The notes below the pieces were generated by a model that saw nothing but the letters and a program-made list of their open reading frames with translations, was not told the DNA's origin and ran no database searches. Positions 13,608-26,379 of a DNA stretch of 64,000 nucleotides are shown here, piece by piece. The stretch's first letter is position 1, and each line of letters starts with the position of its first letter. The DNA is from Octopus sinensis. Its lineage: Eukaryota. Where the stretch lies: positions 44,702,001 through 44,766,000 of the forward strand of contig NC_042998.1 in NCBI RefSeq assembly GCF_006345805.1, written 5' to 3'. The translations under genes were made by a program, and so were the position numbers.

Positions 13608-14830
13608 TATTGGTCCTTCCCATAAACAATGCGGTTTTTTATACTTCCTTATTTTTCAAAATTAAGATGGACAAATTTTTTTTATCTAAAATATACGCTC
13701 TTTCATTTTCTACAATGTTCCTCTATCTATTTGGTAGACTTCCAAGGCGCCTCTTCCAAAATTCACTTCTGCGTGACGAAAAATACTCCTCCAGTATTGT
13801 TCTGATCTCGTCTACAGAATTTATATTTTTTTCCATCCAAATGATTTTGAAGACTGCGCAATAAATGATAATTAAATGGGGCAATATCCGATGAATATGG
13901 TGGGTGGGGTATCGTTTCCCATTCAAATTGCTCCAGCCTTTGGAATGTCATCCTCGCTGTATTTAGCCGAGCATTATCCTGATGGAAGAACACCTTTCGT
14001 CTTCTAGAGATGATTTAAGCCGCTCAAGCTGTTCGCAGCAGATCTTTGTTATCGTTTGGTTTGGGTTTAAAATTTCAGAGTGGACTAAACCTCTCATATC
14101 CCACCAAACAGATAACAACACCTTACGCGGGTGAAGACCTTCTTTAGCCTGGGACACCGATTTTCCCCTTTCTCTACCCACTGTCTTCGGCGCTTGACAT
14201 TTTTATAGAGAACTCATTTCTCGTCCCTAGTGGCTATTCAGTCCAAAAAAGGTTCATTCGTGAGACGTGACAACAAAGAAAAGCACACATTCAATCTTTG
14301 CGCGCGATTAGTTTGTGAGGAAAGCATGTGAGGAACACATTGACCCAATTTACTGACTTTCCTGATGTCACGCAAGTGTCGGTGAATGGTTGGATGAGTA
14401 AATTCAAGCTTCTCTGCTAGTTCCACAAAAAAATACGATAGGATTTTGTTCTACTAGGGTTTGTAAAATGTCCTCGTCGAGCCCTACAGATCTTCCAGGA
14501 CGAGGCTCGTCTTCTAGGCTGTAGTTTCCGGCTCGGAATTTCTAGAACCACCGTTGACACTGGCTTACGCTAATTGCCTGTTCCCCATATACTGCATTAA
14601 TACTCCTCGCACGTTCCGTTGCGTTGTTGCCCTTATTGAACACATAAAGCAAAATATACCCAATATACATATTTATCACTTACATTATAGCTTTGAAAAA
14701 TAACTGTTAAAATCGGACTGCACTCCTCAAAACTTGCAACTAAATTTGATGCAGGCAGTTTATCCCGACTCCCTCCAACTTTTAATCCATGCAATGGAAA
14801 AAAACCGTTTATTTCTTGGATGACTGAATA
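13608..14830 (-). mobile_element. Mariner transposon, near full length, with degraded transposase
   Basis: ORF fragments give HRHLRDIRKVSKLGQCVPHML, LHPRKVLLSVWWD, HQDNAR and HPPYSSDIAPFNYHLLRSLQNHL. Degenerate TIRs: tattggtccttccataaac..gcggttttt at 13608 and its complement ending at 14830. Confidence 0.9.
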
Positions 14831-15287
14831 CTTATAATAATCCTTTCTGCGAAAGGAACAAATCTGACATTTGGGTGGAGTAGACTAGTCGGTTACATTG
14901 ATTGCAGTGTTACACTTGTACTTAATTTACTGACCTTCGAAAGGATGAAAGACATAGTCGACCTCTGAGAAATTTTAGCTCAGAACGTAGCGACGGGTGA
15001 AATACTGCTAAACATTTCACCCATCGTGCTAAAGATTCTGCCAGCTCACCGCCTTAATAGTGAAAATAATAATAATCCTTTCTATTATAGACACAAGACC
15101 TGAAATTTTCGGGGAGGGACTAAGTCAATTACATCGACCCCAGTACTCAACTGGTACTTAATTTATCGACCCCGAAGGATGAAAGGCAAAGTCAACTCCG
15201 GCAGAATTTGAACTCAGAATGTAGCGACGGGCGAAATACCACTAAGCGTTTCTTCCAACGTGCTAGCGTTTCCACCAGCTCACAGTC

Positions 15288-15288
<1 letters not shown>

Positions 15289-15353
<65 letters not shown>

Positions 15354-15356
15354 GTA

Positions 15357-15407
<51 letters not shown>

Positions 15408-15455
15408 GTAATAATAATGTAATAATAATAATAATAATAATAATAGTAATAATAA
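15289..15455. repeat. (TAA)n microsatellite; its partner tract is at 15993-16136
   Basis: Directly visible trinucleotide runs on both sides of the R4/Dong fragment. Confidence 0.95.
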
Positions 15456-15989
15456 CATTATGGAATAACAACAGAAAAAAGATGATATAGGCACAAACCA
15501 GAAAAGGTCACAGAAAACGAGAAAGCAACCATACTCTGGGATATGCCGATACACACAGATAGAGAAATTAAGGCCAACAGACCAGATATAGTTGTCAGAG
15601 ATCATGAAGAAAAAAATGCTTTCTAATTGATGTATCAATACCGGCAGATGACAACGTCTCTCTAAAAGAAATGGAGAAACTCTCAAAATACAAAGACCTG
15701 GAAATAGAGGTAACTAGAATGTGGAATCTGAAAACAGAAACAATTCCTATCATAGGAGGTGCATTAGGCATGATAAAAAAATATTCAGACAAATACATAA
15801 CAAAAACACCAGGACTTACAAACACATATAACATACAGAAAATTGCACTACTAGGCAATGCACACATCCTACGCAGAACACTTTCCATACAATAACCATC
15901 AGAGCATCACAACAAATCACAGCACATACCCAAGGCACACAGAGCTGCGCTTGGTAGTGAAGTGAAAGCACGCTATAAAAATAAAACTA

Positions 15990-15992
<3 letters not shown>
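15456..15992 (+). mobile_element. 5'-truncated R4/Dong-like non-LTR retrotransposon: restriction-like endonuclease end plus 3' UTR, inserted in (TAA)n
   Basis: Reads KPEKVTENEKATILWDMPIHTDREIKANRPDIVVRDHE..CFLIDVSIP and, after a frameshift, KEMEKLSKYKDLEIEVTRMWNLKTETIPIIGGALG..IQKIALLGNAHILRRTLS (stop at 15895). This is the PD..D..K motif typical of REL endonucleases. TAA runs on both sides. Confidence 0.85.
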
Positions 15993-16062
<70 letters not shown>

Positions 16063-16068
16063 GTAGTA

Positions 16069-16110
<42 letters not shown>

Positions 16111-17254
16111 TTAGTAGTAATAATAATAATAATAATTTCAAATTTTGGCACAAGGGCAGCAAACTCGATTTCATCGAGTGCAGTATAGATCTGGTACTTA
16201 TTTTATCGACTCCGAAAGGATGAAAGATAAACTCAACCTTGGCGGAATTTGAACTCAGAACATGAAGACGGACGAAATGCCGCTAAGCATTTATACCGGC
16301 GTGCCAACGATTTTATCAGCTCGCCTCTCTCAGCCACATCCTATATTAATACTGTCCTATATGTAGGTTGTTTGAATGTATAAAATATTTTAACGAATAT
16401 TCTAATTAACACAACGTTTCTAAAACCGTTACTAAATATATAACACTTCTCTCAGAAAATTGGCTCTGCAAACTATAAAAAAATGTTTCTGGAAGTTTAC
16501 ACAGAGCCATATTTATAATCTTTTGTGAAATTGAATTTTTGTTGGGTTTTTTTTTTCTCTCTGATGCATTTAATTCCTGTGATGGTGTAAAATCTTCGTT
16601 GAGAATATCTCTGGATATAAAATTTTGCTATAAATTTATCACTTCTAACTTTAGAGTTGATATCTGTATTATTTTTTTTTAAATTTATATTAACGTCAAG
16701 ACGTAAACAATCTTAACTGCAGACGGAAATCGAAGAGATAATCAATGTACGAGATTCTGCTACGTTATGATTACGTCAGTAATTCTTTAATAAATTTTAA
16801 CGAGCTGCGATTCATCCATGCTATAGTATGCAAGAAAGATACATGTTGCTATACAGGATCCCATAGTCCCAGTAAACGGTGGATTATATTTTCTAAAAAA
16901 TCAGTTATATATGTATGTACATATGAATGTGAGTATGTGTATGTATGTGTGTATGTATGCATGTGTGTGCGTGTGTGTGTCATACAATGTAAGATGTCCA
17001 ACTCTCGATCAATTTTATTACGTGTAATATATAAAATATAAATGCGCCCGCAGTAGATTGTCTTACATTTCATTCTATAGTTAAATAATTACGCACATGG
17101 GCCGCAGCAGAAGAATATTATACCCTCCGGTTGCACCCTAAAGTATACATCGTTGTGCATATTAAAATAAAATTACTAAACACTTGGTATGTTGCATTAG
17201 CTGTGTATGTATATGTGTGTATATGTATTATAGAATATATATTCCTTTGTATTC

Positions 17255-17285
<31 letters not shown>

Positions 17286-17323
17286 TGTATGTATGTATGT
17301 ATGTATGTATGTATGTATGTATG

Positions 17324-17766
17324 TGTGATATGTGGGAGAAAATGCTTGAATCTTGCAGGCCTGGTAAACTCACAGGAATCAACCCCTTGTAAATTGTGAT
17401 ATGGAGGAAATTGCGATATGGAGGAAATTGCGATATGGAGGAAATGCTTGAATCATGCAGGACTGGTCGGCCAAGAGAGAACTCACAGGAGTATGTTCTA
17501 TTGCAAATTGTCCACAATAGAACATGTGAACCTGTGGAAAGGTGTCCCTTTCAGGTGAAGGATTGAAAAGGCATGTCAAAAGAATTCATACTCTGGCACA
17601 TGTTCCCTCTGCCAGCCAGCACAGCTGTGCATTATGCAATAGAACGGGTAGATCTTTGGCCGGACTCAAAAGTCGTACAAAAGCCTCACATTGCATCAAC
17701 AATGACTCATTTCAACAATTCTGCTTAACAATGTCTTTGCTCGTATAAGAGAAAGCAGCCACTATG
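17324..17766 (+). pseudogene. 3' end of an RTE-like LINE with repeated C2H2-like fingers
   Basis: Remnants CGRKCLNLAGL, GKVSLSGEGLKRHVKRIH and CALCNRTGRSLAGLKSRTKASH, then a short UTR ending gagaaagcagccactatg plus microsatellite. Internal 17-bp tandem triplication at about 17398-17450. Confidence 0.55.
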
Positions 17767-19802
17767 TATATATGTATGTACGTATGTAGGTAGGTATGTA
17801 AAGTTTCAGACTACTAATGCTAAATTAGTCCTCTTTGATGATTTACTGAGAGCGCGGGTTATATATTTTTGTTTTGGCTTTTAGCGTAAGTTATGTTTAA
17901 AATACAGCAAAATATACACTCTTTCCATGACAGATGAATGTGATTTGAAATCTGCCTTTTAGGTTTACATCTAACACTTGTAGTTTTGGAAATATGTCTG
18001 TTTACTTTGTCTGAACATTATCAATAATTAAGGTGTGTTGAATAAAGTTATATCCGAAATGTGTTCATTCTTTGCAGCGAAACTCACAATATACACTTGA
18101 TCAATCGAAACAATTAATTGTAGCCCAACTTCTATATCATAGATTCAGCTCTGCACACCTACAGTTTAATAATATACAAATAATATACATTATAGAGATT
18201 TATACATCATAGAGATTTATATATTATAGTGATTTTTTTCTCATATACTTAGTCTCGGGTCGTCGCGATATTATATCTAGCAATGGTCAACCATTAGCCA
18301 TTCATTTCAAAAGCCTTAGAATTATGTTTCATTTGCATGAATATATTGATTAAGTCGTTCCACTTGCTCACCTTTTACCGCACCGAGATTTTCAAGAAAG
18401 AAATCCGGATAAGAATTTGGAACTTTTGTTGTGTCCAGGGAGGATAATTATGCCAATATTAATAACACACGCTCTGGTTCAATTCCACTCCATTATTATT
18501 AGTCAGTTGATTCAATACCCAACTTATTAATCGATTGTTTGTTTAACTTGGTTAAACAGTAAGTCGTTTGTTTTGTTTTTGTTTATCACAGCTCTTTCGT
18601 TGCGCGTGTCAAAAATATTTGCAGAATGACTCTCTCTAAACACAACAAAATTCGAATTCACATAAAGAATCTTGCAAATCAATGCAAAAAATGAAATATG
18701 GGAATTGTGTTCTTAGCGATATGTGATTGACTATTTCTTTATCTCTGATAATGTTCTCAGCTGTAGTTCTATACCCAGAGAGTTTATTATATGGTAGAAG
18801 GTTTATGCATTACCAAAGCAAAATCATGCTAAACGTTTAATTCCAGTTTCTCGATGGTTTGTTCCAGTTCAATATCAATTAAATCCCACTTTACAGTACC
18901 ACAAAAACTTTCCTGCAATAACATTTGGCCGTTTTTGTTTTAGATAGTTACAGAAATCCTCTTAAGTTGCTTTAAACCATTGCTGAAAGAAAATTTTTTA
19001 TCAGACCATGTTTAATAGGGAAATTTAGTATAAATATCTTTTCGGGGTGAAGTAAATAGGCAGACTGGACATTGTTCATTTATGATAGATATATATATTA
19101 ACCCTGACGTAACTGGCAAGACAAATTCTCTATCATGATCTCATGTAGTATGACTATTCTACGAGCATAAGACACAACATCAATTTGGAAATTCTGCTTA
19201 CATACAATTACAATAACAATGGGACCTCCACACAGGTTCCTTTGACAAATGGCATCAATCACTACTTCCATACTACCATATATCTTTTCATGTGACAAAG
19301 TGGTAAATGGCAACGCATACCTTTACATTCAAATACTGTTTTTCAATACGGTTGCAAGAAAACCGTTTCCTAGACTTTTCTGATGTGTGCTTGTGGTGAC
19401 TTTTTTAGTGACTTGTTTGAAGTCATTGCAATACCAGGGTTGACCATCTACTATAAAGCAAGTTGCTGAATTAGAGCTTCGTTTTTGACAAGTCACTTGC
19501 AAATTTTGATTAAGTAAATAAACTTGCTTCAGTTTAGTGATCAAAAGTTTGCCTTTAGTCAAATATAAATTCCTACCAAGATCTTTTAAGCGCTTCTCGA
19601 TAAATATCATTAACTCCAAACTTTCTCCAGCTAAGTACTTACATCTGTAGGTCCAGCATGTCCATCAATTACTCCTTCATTACTGTCTGTTTCATTGTTT
19701 AAAGAAGCAAATCTAGCAGCTGGAAGAAAATGAGCCGGCTTTGTTTCACATTATATTGGTTTTAATATTTAAAACCAGGTTTGAATTTACAATCTTGTCT
19801 TT

Positions 19803-19987
19803 CTATATTTAAGAGATAAGGAATTATGTACATTATTTGCATTATTTACATTTGACGGATATTTGTTCTCTATCTTGTTCGTTGTTAACACAAGATGTTG
19901 GCTGATATATCCTCCAGCCTTCATCAGGTGTCTTGGGGAAATTTCGAACTTGGGTTCTCATTCCTAAGGTATTTTTCGACGTTGTTG

Positions 19988-20039
<52 letters not shown>

Positions 20040-20103
20040 AGTCACTGCCTGGAATGGAAAACAGAATCTTGGGTTAGTAGCCCGCGCTCTTAACCACTAC
20101 GCC
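19803..20103 (-). mobile_element. SINE family H copy A: tRNA-like head, trinucleotide tract, hammerhead-like tail
   Basis: Minus strand ggcgtagtggttaagagcgcgggctactaaccc head, (AAT)n, then gacac-ctgatga-a-ggctg-gaggatatat-cagcc-aacatc-tt-gtgtt. Complete tail abuts the duplication at 19791-19802. Confidence 0.85.
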
Positions 20104-20142
20104 GTAAATCTAAGCCCTAAAATTCACTCCATAATTGCCCAT

Positions 20143-20404
20143 GGGCATATGGCGTAGTGATTAAAAGCGCAGGCTACTAACCCCAAGATTCCGAGTTCGA
20201 TTCCAGGCAGTGACCTGAATAATAATAATAATAAGAAGAAGAAGAAGAAGAAGAAGAAGAACATCGAAAAATACCTTAGGAATGAGAACCCAGGTTCGAA
20301 ATTTCCCCAAGACACCTGGTGAAGTTTGGAGGGTATATCAGCCGAAACGTTGTGTTAGCAACAAACAAGATGAGGACAAATATCCGTTAAATGTAAATAA
20401 TGTA
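20143..20404 (+). mobile_element. SINE family H copy B, inverted partner of copy A
   Basis: gggcatatggcgtagtgattaaaagcgc (A box) and gagttcgattcc (B box), (AAT)n(AAG)n, then gacac-ctggtga-a-gtttg-gagggtatat-cagcc-gaaa-cg-tt-gtgtt at 20311-20356. Tail is shorter than in copy A. Confidence 0.85.
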
Positions 20405-21667
20405 AATCTTGTCTTTATCCTTATTATTATTTTTGTGGAAGCCTAATAGCGCTAACTCTTCGAAAACAGCACTCAGTATGATGAGTCTTTGTTACCTACA
20501 TATCATGGGTATGACAAAAGGCAAATGCTGTCCTGGTGAACAATTAAAGTAAATTCGCTGAAGATCCCATTACTTATTTTAGTCATTGATATGACAAACC
20601 TGCTATACATATTTATGATAGTTCGTCATTGGCTCGTAGTAGAATAGGTCTACATAAAGTTAATATACATGAGTCACCCTTGTGGCAATGATGTAATCAA
20701 CTACTCCGACAAACATAATATATCTCGTATATAATTACTGAAATGTAATTGGTCTCATCCCGAAACTATACATGCTGCCTAGAAGCCAACAACTTTTGTG
20801 AAGCCAACTTCAAATATGCTTTCTGGTTAATTCAAGATCATCTCCGATTGGCATGCATTGTTGACAACAATTGCTCAACGGTTCGATTGAAATATTTCAA
20901 TATCTCTTCAGAATTTTAGTGTAAGTATACATTATAACATAAACGTTCTTTTTGATTTTTCATATATGTTCCGTGCCATGCTATTCCTTTGACATCGTTC
21001 TTTATGAAAAGATATTACAATAATACTGAAACTGCTTCTGGCTGTACGAATAACCTTTTTTCCAATCATGTTACAGTAATAATTTATTTTCGAAGTTTGA
21101 TCAAGACTCAGCTTGGTCATGTTATTATAAAGTATATTATTCTTTCCTCTGATTGCAAACACGGATACCAGATAATCTCAGAAGTAATATCCGTTTCGAT
21201 AATACGTTATTTACATGTTGTGCATATTGTAACGCTGAAGACATAACTTATTAAATATTATTTTTGTGCTGATATATAGACATCTTTCTTACTTGATGTA
21301 TACAGTTTAACAGATATTATTTTCTTTCAACTTTACAATTTTAAGAAGAAAAGTGACTATTATATGAAAAGATAGGATAAAATATTACGTAGTAAACAAG
21401 TACACGTACATGTCTTTTCTTTGGTATTGATGCACTAACTATTAATGGAACTTAGAGAGAACAGTATATATAAGGATAGACAGACAGACAGGAAGACAAA
21501 GGTGAGTAGATATGTCTATGTGCAATTGTGTATGTAGGCAAAATTATATATGCGTGTATAAATATAAATACGAATATATATATATATATATATGATATAG
21601 ATATAGACTCTATACTTACATATAGATAGATATGTATACTATACATACATAGAGAAATATACATACT

Positions 21668-21724
<57 letters not shown>

Positions 21725-24223
21725 CTACACATATAGATAGATACGTACGTACATACATACATATATAAATACATACATACATATACATACATATGCACAT
21801 ATATACCTATGTGTGTGTGTGTGGAACGTATTTCCAGGCAAAAACAAAATATATCGACACAGATCATAAGCTAGATGTTACCTATTCATAGAATCTTATC
21901 AGGAAGCTAGTAGTAGTTTCAATCCCGAAATTTTGAGCATATAAAAAAATATATAGTTGTATTATATGATAGAATACAAAACTGAATGAGATCTTGTTGA
22001 GTCGATTTGGCATGTGCTCAAATGTGATTATTGATTAAAAATATATTTTAACTCGACACCATTATCCCCACTTGTATTACTTTTTTGGTTAGAATACCCT
22101 GTTTTATGTATCATGAAAGTTGATACGGAGGAAGCATCTAAACAAACGTAACAGAGGAATCAACTAAAAACAATGCATAGATGGCCTCACCACAACAGAG
22201 AAAGGGAACTGGTGTCTTAGCAAGTATGTAGATATACAATCAGAAATTGATGTTTCATGGCTATAAAAAAGAGTCGGAGAGGAAAATATTCCAGATAACA
22301 AGGAAATAATTGTACTGAAGAAGGTTTTAATATGTAAATATCCAAAGTGTTTTATTGTCGTTCCTAGTCCTCATTTGTTTCTGGTCATCCCTGCTCAGGC
22401 AAATCTATAATCAAAAGTATTTTAGTACTGATCTTGCCTAAATTCCGAGGGTATCAAGGATAATATTAGTTTGTTTTTTTTATTAATATGGTAGGGTTTT
22501 ATAAGGCGGCAAGCTGACAGAATCATTAGCGCGCTGGAGACAATGCTTTGCAGCTTTTTTCTCGATATTAGGTTCCGAGTTCATATATCACCAGGGTCAA
22601 CTTCACCTTTTAATATTTTGGTATGTATGAAATAAGTACCAGTTGAGCATTGGGGGATTGATGTAATTGAGTTACTCTCTATCCCCAGAAATTGCTGGCA
22701 TTGTGCTAAAATTTGAAATCAGTATGGTAAGCTTTTTTTTAAGAAAGATAAAGCTGATATTCAAAATAGTTTGAAAGGTCTAGTTGACTCCTATGCAAGG
22801 AAGGATAAGCTGAAACTGAAATGAAATTACATGTGGAGTTGGAGAAGATTACAGTAAAAGAGACGGAAGATATTTTAAAACAAATTTGAAAGAAAATACT
22901 ACATTTAAATTTGAAGAAATCACCATTTGGACAACATTGAGATATTTTGCGGCGTACTTTTAGTTAACCGCAAAGTATTATCTTGAGGATACAGTTAAAT
23001 ACATAAGCAAATCAAATACACAAGTTAGGTTTTGCTTCGAATGCCATGAGCTGGGTTGAGACTGTAAGTTTATGTCACCAAGAGATTTTCCTTTCTCTCT
23101 CTCAGCGACGCCATTATCAAGTTTTGTAATTTGCTTAGCACAAGTATAGGAAGAAGGATCAAAGAGCTGCAAATTACGAATTTCTATACCGCTGTAGCGG
23201 AAGCACAACCAACAAAGAATGTATGAGAGGAGATAATAACATCAACCGTAATCCTGTAGAGATGGAATCAACTGTGTGTCCGCGTTTATTTTAATTGCAA
23301 TAGAAAAAGATGGATAGGCTCACATAAAACTCGTAGATGCCATGTGACTGGTGGTTCTTAATTATTTAAACAGATGTACAACATTTGTTATGTATTGGTT
23401 AAGAGTTCAATACACGATAGTTAATATACGGAATTAGCTACGTTTACGGATTAGTGATGGTACGTTGTGCTCTGAAATGGATACACAAAGTTAACAAACA
23501 CTGTATTCATGGTATTATAGTGTTACACATATAAGTTAGATAACATAAAAAGGAGCTTTAGGAAAATCAGTAGAAATGTAGAAAAACTGTATCGAATTTT
23601 AAACAAAAGAAAAGAACAGGGAGATGGAAAATTACAAATAAAATGTTATAGAATCAGTTGGTTGAGAAAATACTAAATATAGAAAGATTTTAACACCAGG
23701 ATTGGATATAAAACAGAAAAGTAGAACATTCTTGGACGAAATCAACCAACTAGAACAAATATTCATTAAACAGAAAGCGACATGTCAGGAAGACAGTATG
23801 TGATGCGTGGTAAAATAAACAGAGGTATTTATCCTTTTGTGCGTAATAGTAGTTAGATAGCACATAAGAATGTAATAGACTCCACAGTATAGGAGAAACG
23901 ATGCACTAATGTTAGTAGGAGGCTTGGATTAAAAGTAAATTAAAACGTGTACCAACACAAAAATGTATGTGTTATTTAAATGACAAAACCGTAGGTTTTA
24001 TTAGAATGACAAAATATAGTAAGATGTTGTAGGGAATCGATGTGCAAATTAATGGTATAGCGTTGCATTCTCCGTCGGTTTCGATGATGAGCATACGAAT
24101 GTTCCCAGAAATAGCCTATAACAACGATTGAAACCAGTGAACCAGATCAAAAATTATGTAAATGTTGAAGAAACACTGTGTAAATAATATTCATTGTTAT
24201 AATAATATTCAAGTTATATATAT

Positions 24224-24254
<31 letters not shown>

Positions 24255-24857
24255 GAATATATATGAGTGTGCAAATTATAGGAAGGATCTAGGGGAATAA
24301 TTACAAGGTAGCTAAATGTTGCCTGTGTCCTAGGAAACAATGATCACACTTGTGTGTGATTTGATTCCGGAATAAATAAGTCGTATTTAGAAGAAAATAG
24401 GAAACATTGAAAAAGGAGACGAACGCTCAGGATGTTAGTAAAACATTTATATCTTCATATCTTCTACATAATTTTCTATGGATGCATTCAAAATACAGCC
24501 GACAGGAAGAATTATGGTCAGCTATGCATCAATCTCATCAGGAAAGATATAAACAACATCACTCATCAAATAGATATTTTTACAGATAGAGGAAGCCCTA
24601 GAAATGCGACGTATATATACGAGTGAGTGGACAAACCAAAGAAAGTTGAACTCAACAGATTTTGCGGAATTATATATATATTATTTAGTTGTAGTTTTAT
24701 TCGATTCCATGCAGTTTAAAGTTTCGAGGATTACCAAAGCGTGAAAAGCTAGGCTTATTTTACGAGCCTAAAAATGTTTAAGTTACACTGAGCCAAATCA
24801 GACTGTTATTAAATAATATTTATGAATATATATACATATATATATATATGTGTGTGT

Positions 24858-25142
24858 GGAGGCGCAATGGCCCAGTGTTTATGGCAGCGGATTCGCGGTC
24901 GTAGGATCGCGGTTTCGATTCCCAGACCGGGCGTTGTGAGTGTTTATTGAGCGAAAACACCTAAAGCTCCACGAGGCTCCGGCAGGGGGTTGTGGTGATC
25001 CCTGCTGTACTCTTTCACTACAATTTTCTCTCTTTCTTCTGTTGGCCTGCTCGTTTAGCCAGCGGGATGGCTAAAACAATGCGAAGCGCATTGTGACCAG
25101 AGATGTGTAGCAACATCTGATAGCCTGGTCGGTCACGGTGAT
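24858..25142 (+). mobile_element. tRNA-derived SINE family C; second copy at 40694-40990
   Basis: ggaggcgcaatggcccagtg..gcagcgga.tcgcggtcgtaggatcgcggtttcgattccc head; the two copies are highly similar throughout. Confidence 0.85.
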
Positions 25143-25743
25143 ATATATAATTAGTGTACATTTAAACACAAAATGAGGTGACGTGACCCTTAACAGGTCA
25201 CCTTACGTGATGGAAGGAACAGTCAAAAGTCCAAACCACAATTAAGAGCAATTTCGAAAGGAATGAAAAATAAAAATATTTACCATGTTTTACGGCTGGA
25301 CCTAGGTTTTGAACTTTAATTACAAAAAAAAATTACTTTAATAGGCGATGTTCTCATCAGCGGGTACGCCAAACATTAACATATAATTTAGAGACAAAAT
25401 AACACGGATCTCATCATTATATATTATATATTATATATTTTTTTCAAATACACCGCGCAAGCGCAGTTTCAGTCGGCAGCAAATAAAAGATGACGACTAA
25501 CTTCAGAAATTACTAAAATCATATTCTCATATACATATATATATAATAGAAAGAGGTCTCAAAGAAAAAGACTACAGGTGGTATAAATAAGGGAAAAGTA
25601 AAAAGAAACAAAGAAATTGCACAATAGGTATAAAAGTAATGGCTTTTATAAAATAAAAACAAAGATATATACATACAATTAAATGATTTTTATCCTCCTA
25701 AATACCACCCCAAATCTTTTACGCCACTACGCCATATGCCCAC

Positions 25744-26070
<327 letters not shown>

Positions 26071-26379
26071 GTGCATATATCTTTGTTTTTATAAAATAAT
26101 TCATTACTTTTATACCTAGTGTGCATTTTCTTTGTTTCTGTTTTACTTTTCCCTGTATATACATATATATGTATGTATGTATGGATGGATGGATGTATAT
26201 TTGTGTGTGTGTATGTATACATGTGTGTATGTATGGATGTGTATCTGTGTGTGTGAAAAAATTGTAAAAAACAGTGTCATTCATCCCATTGTTAATAAAG
26301 AAATTCAAAATAACCACAGCATCACTAACCACAGTATCACTGAAAATAACTGAAATAACCAGGAACCGGGGAAATCAAT

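Larger units (their letters stand above)
18290..20720 (-). pseudogene. Fossil transposase of the Chapaev3-like (CMC superfamily) type, interrupted by a SINE dimer at 19803-20404
   Basis: Broken minus-strand frames give, in order: NDxNKxWDLQRIYFNC, HLPFVIPMICR..THHTECCF, LKDLGRNLYLTKGKLL..DGQPWYCNDF, KHGLIKNFLSAM and PDFFLENLGAVKGEQVERLNQ. These match the DQDKSWAPH, PMIWREP..DCYFC, NDLVRDL..CYCND, HIKLGLMKNF and FFPENLGAVSDEQGERFHQD motifs that I recall for this family. Confidence 0.75.

Noticed and set aside
20143-20215. tRNA-like heads as genuine tRNA genes (also 24858, 31788, 40694, 55249)
   Set aside because: A and B boxes are present, but I could not close an acceptor stem and each runs into a repeat body, so they are SINE heads.
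23500-24000. RTE-like RT remnant on the plus strand
   Set aside because: Only a GLKVN-like and a vague AFDS-like trace; too decayed to support as a feature.
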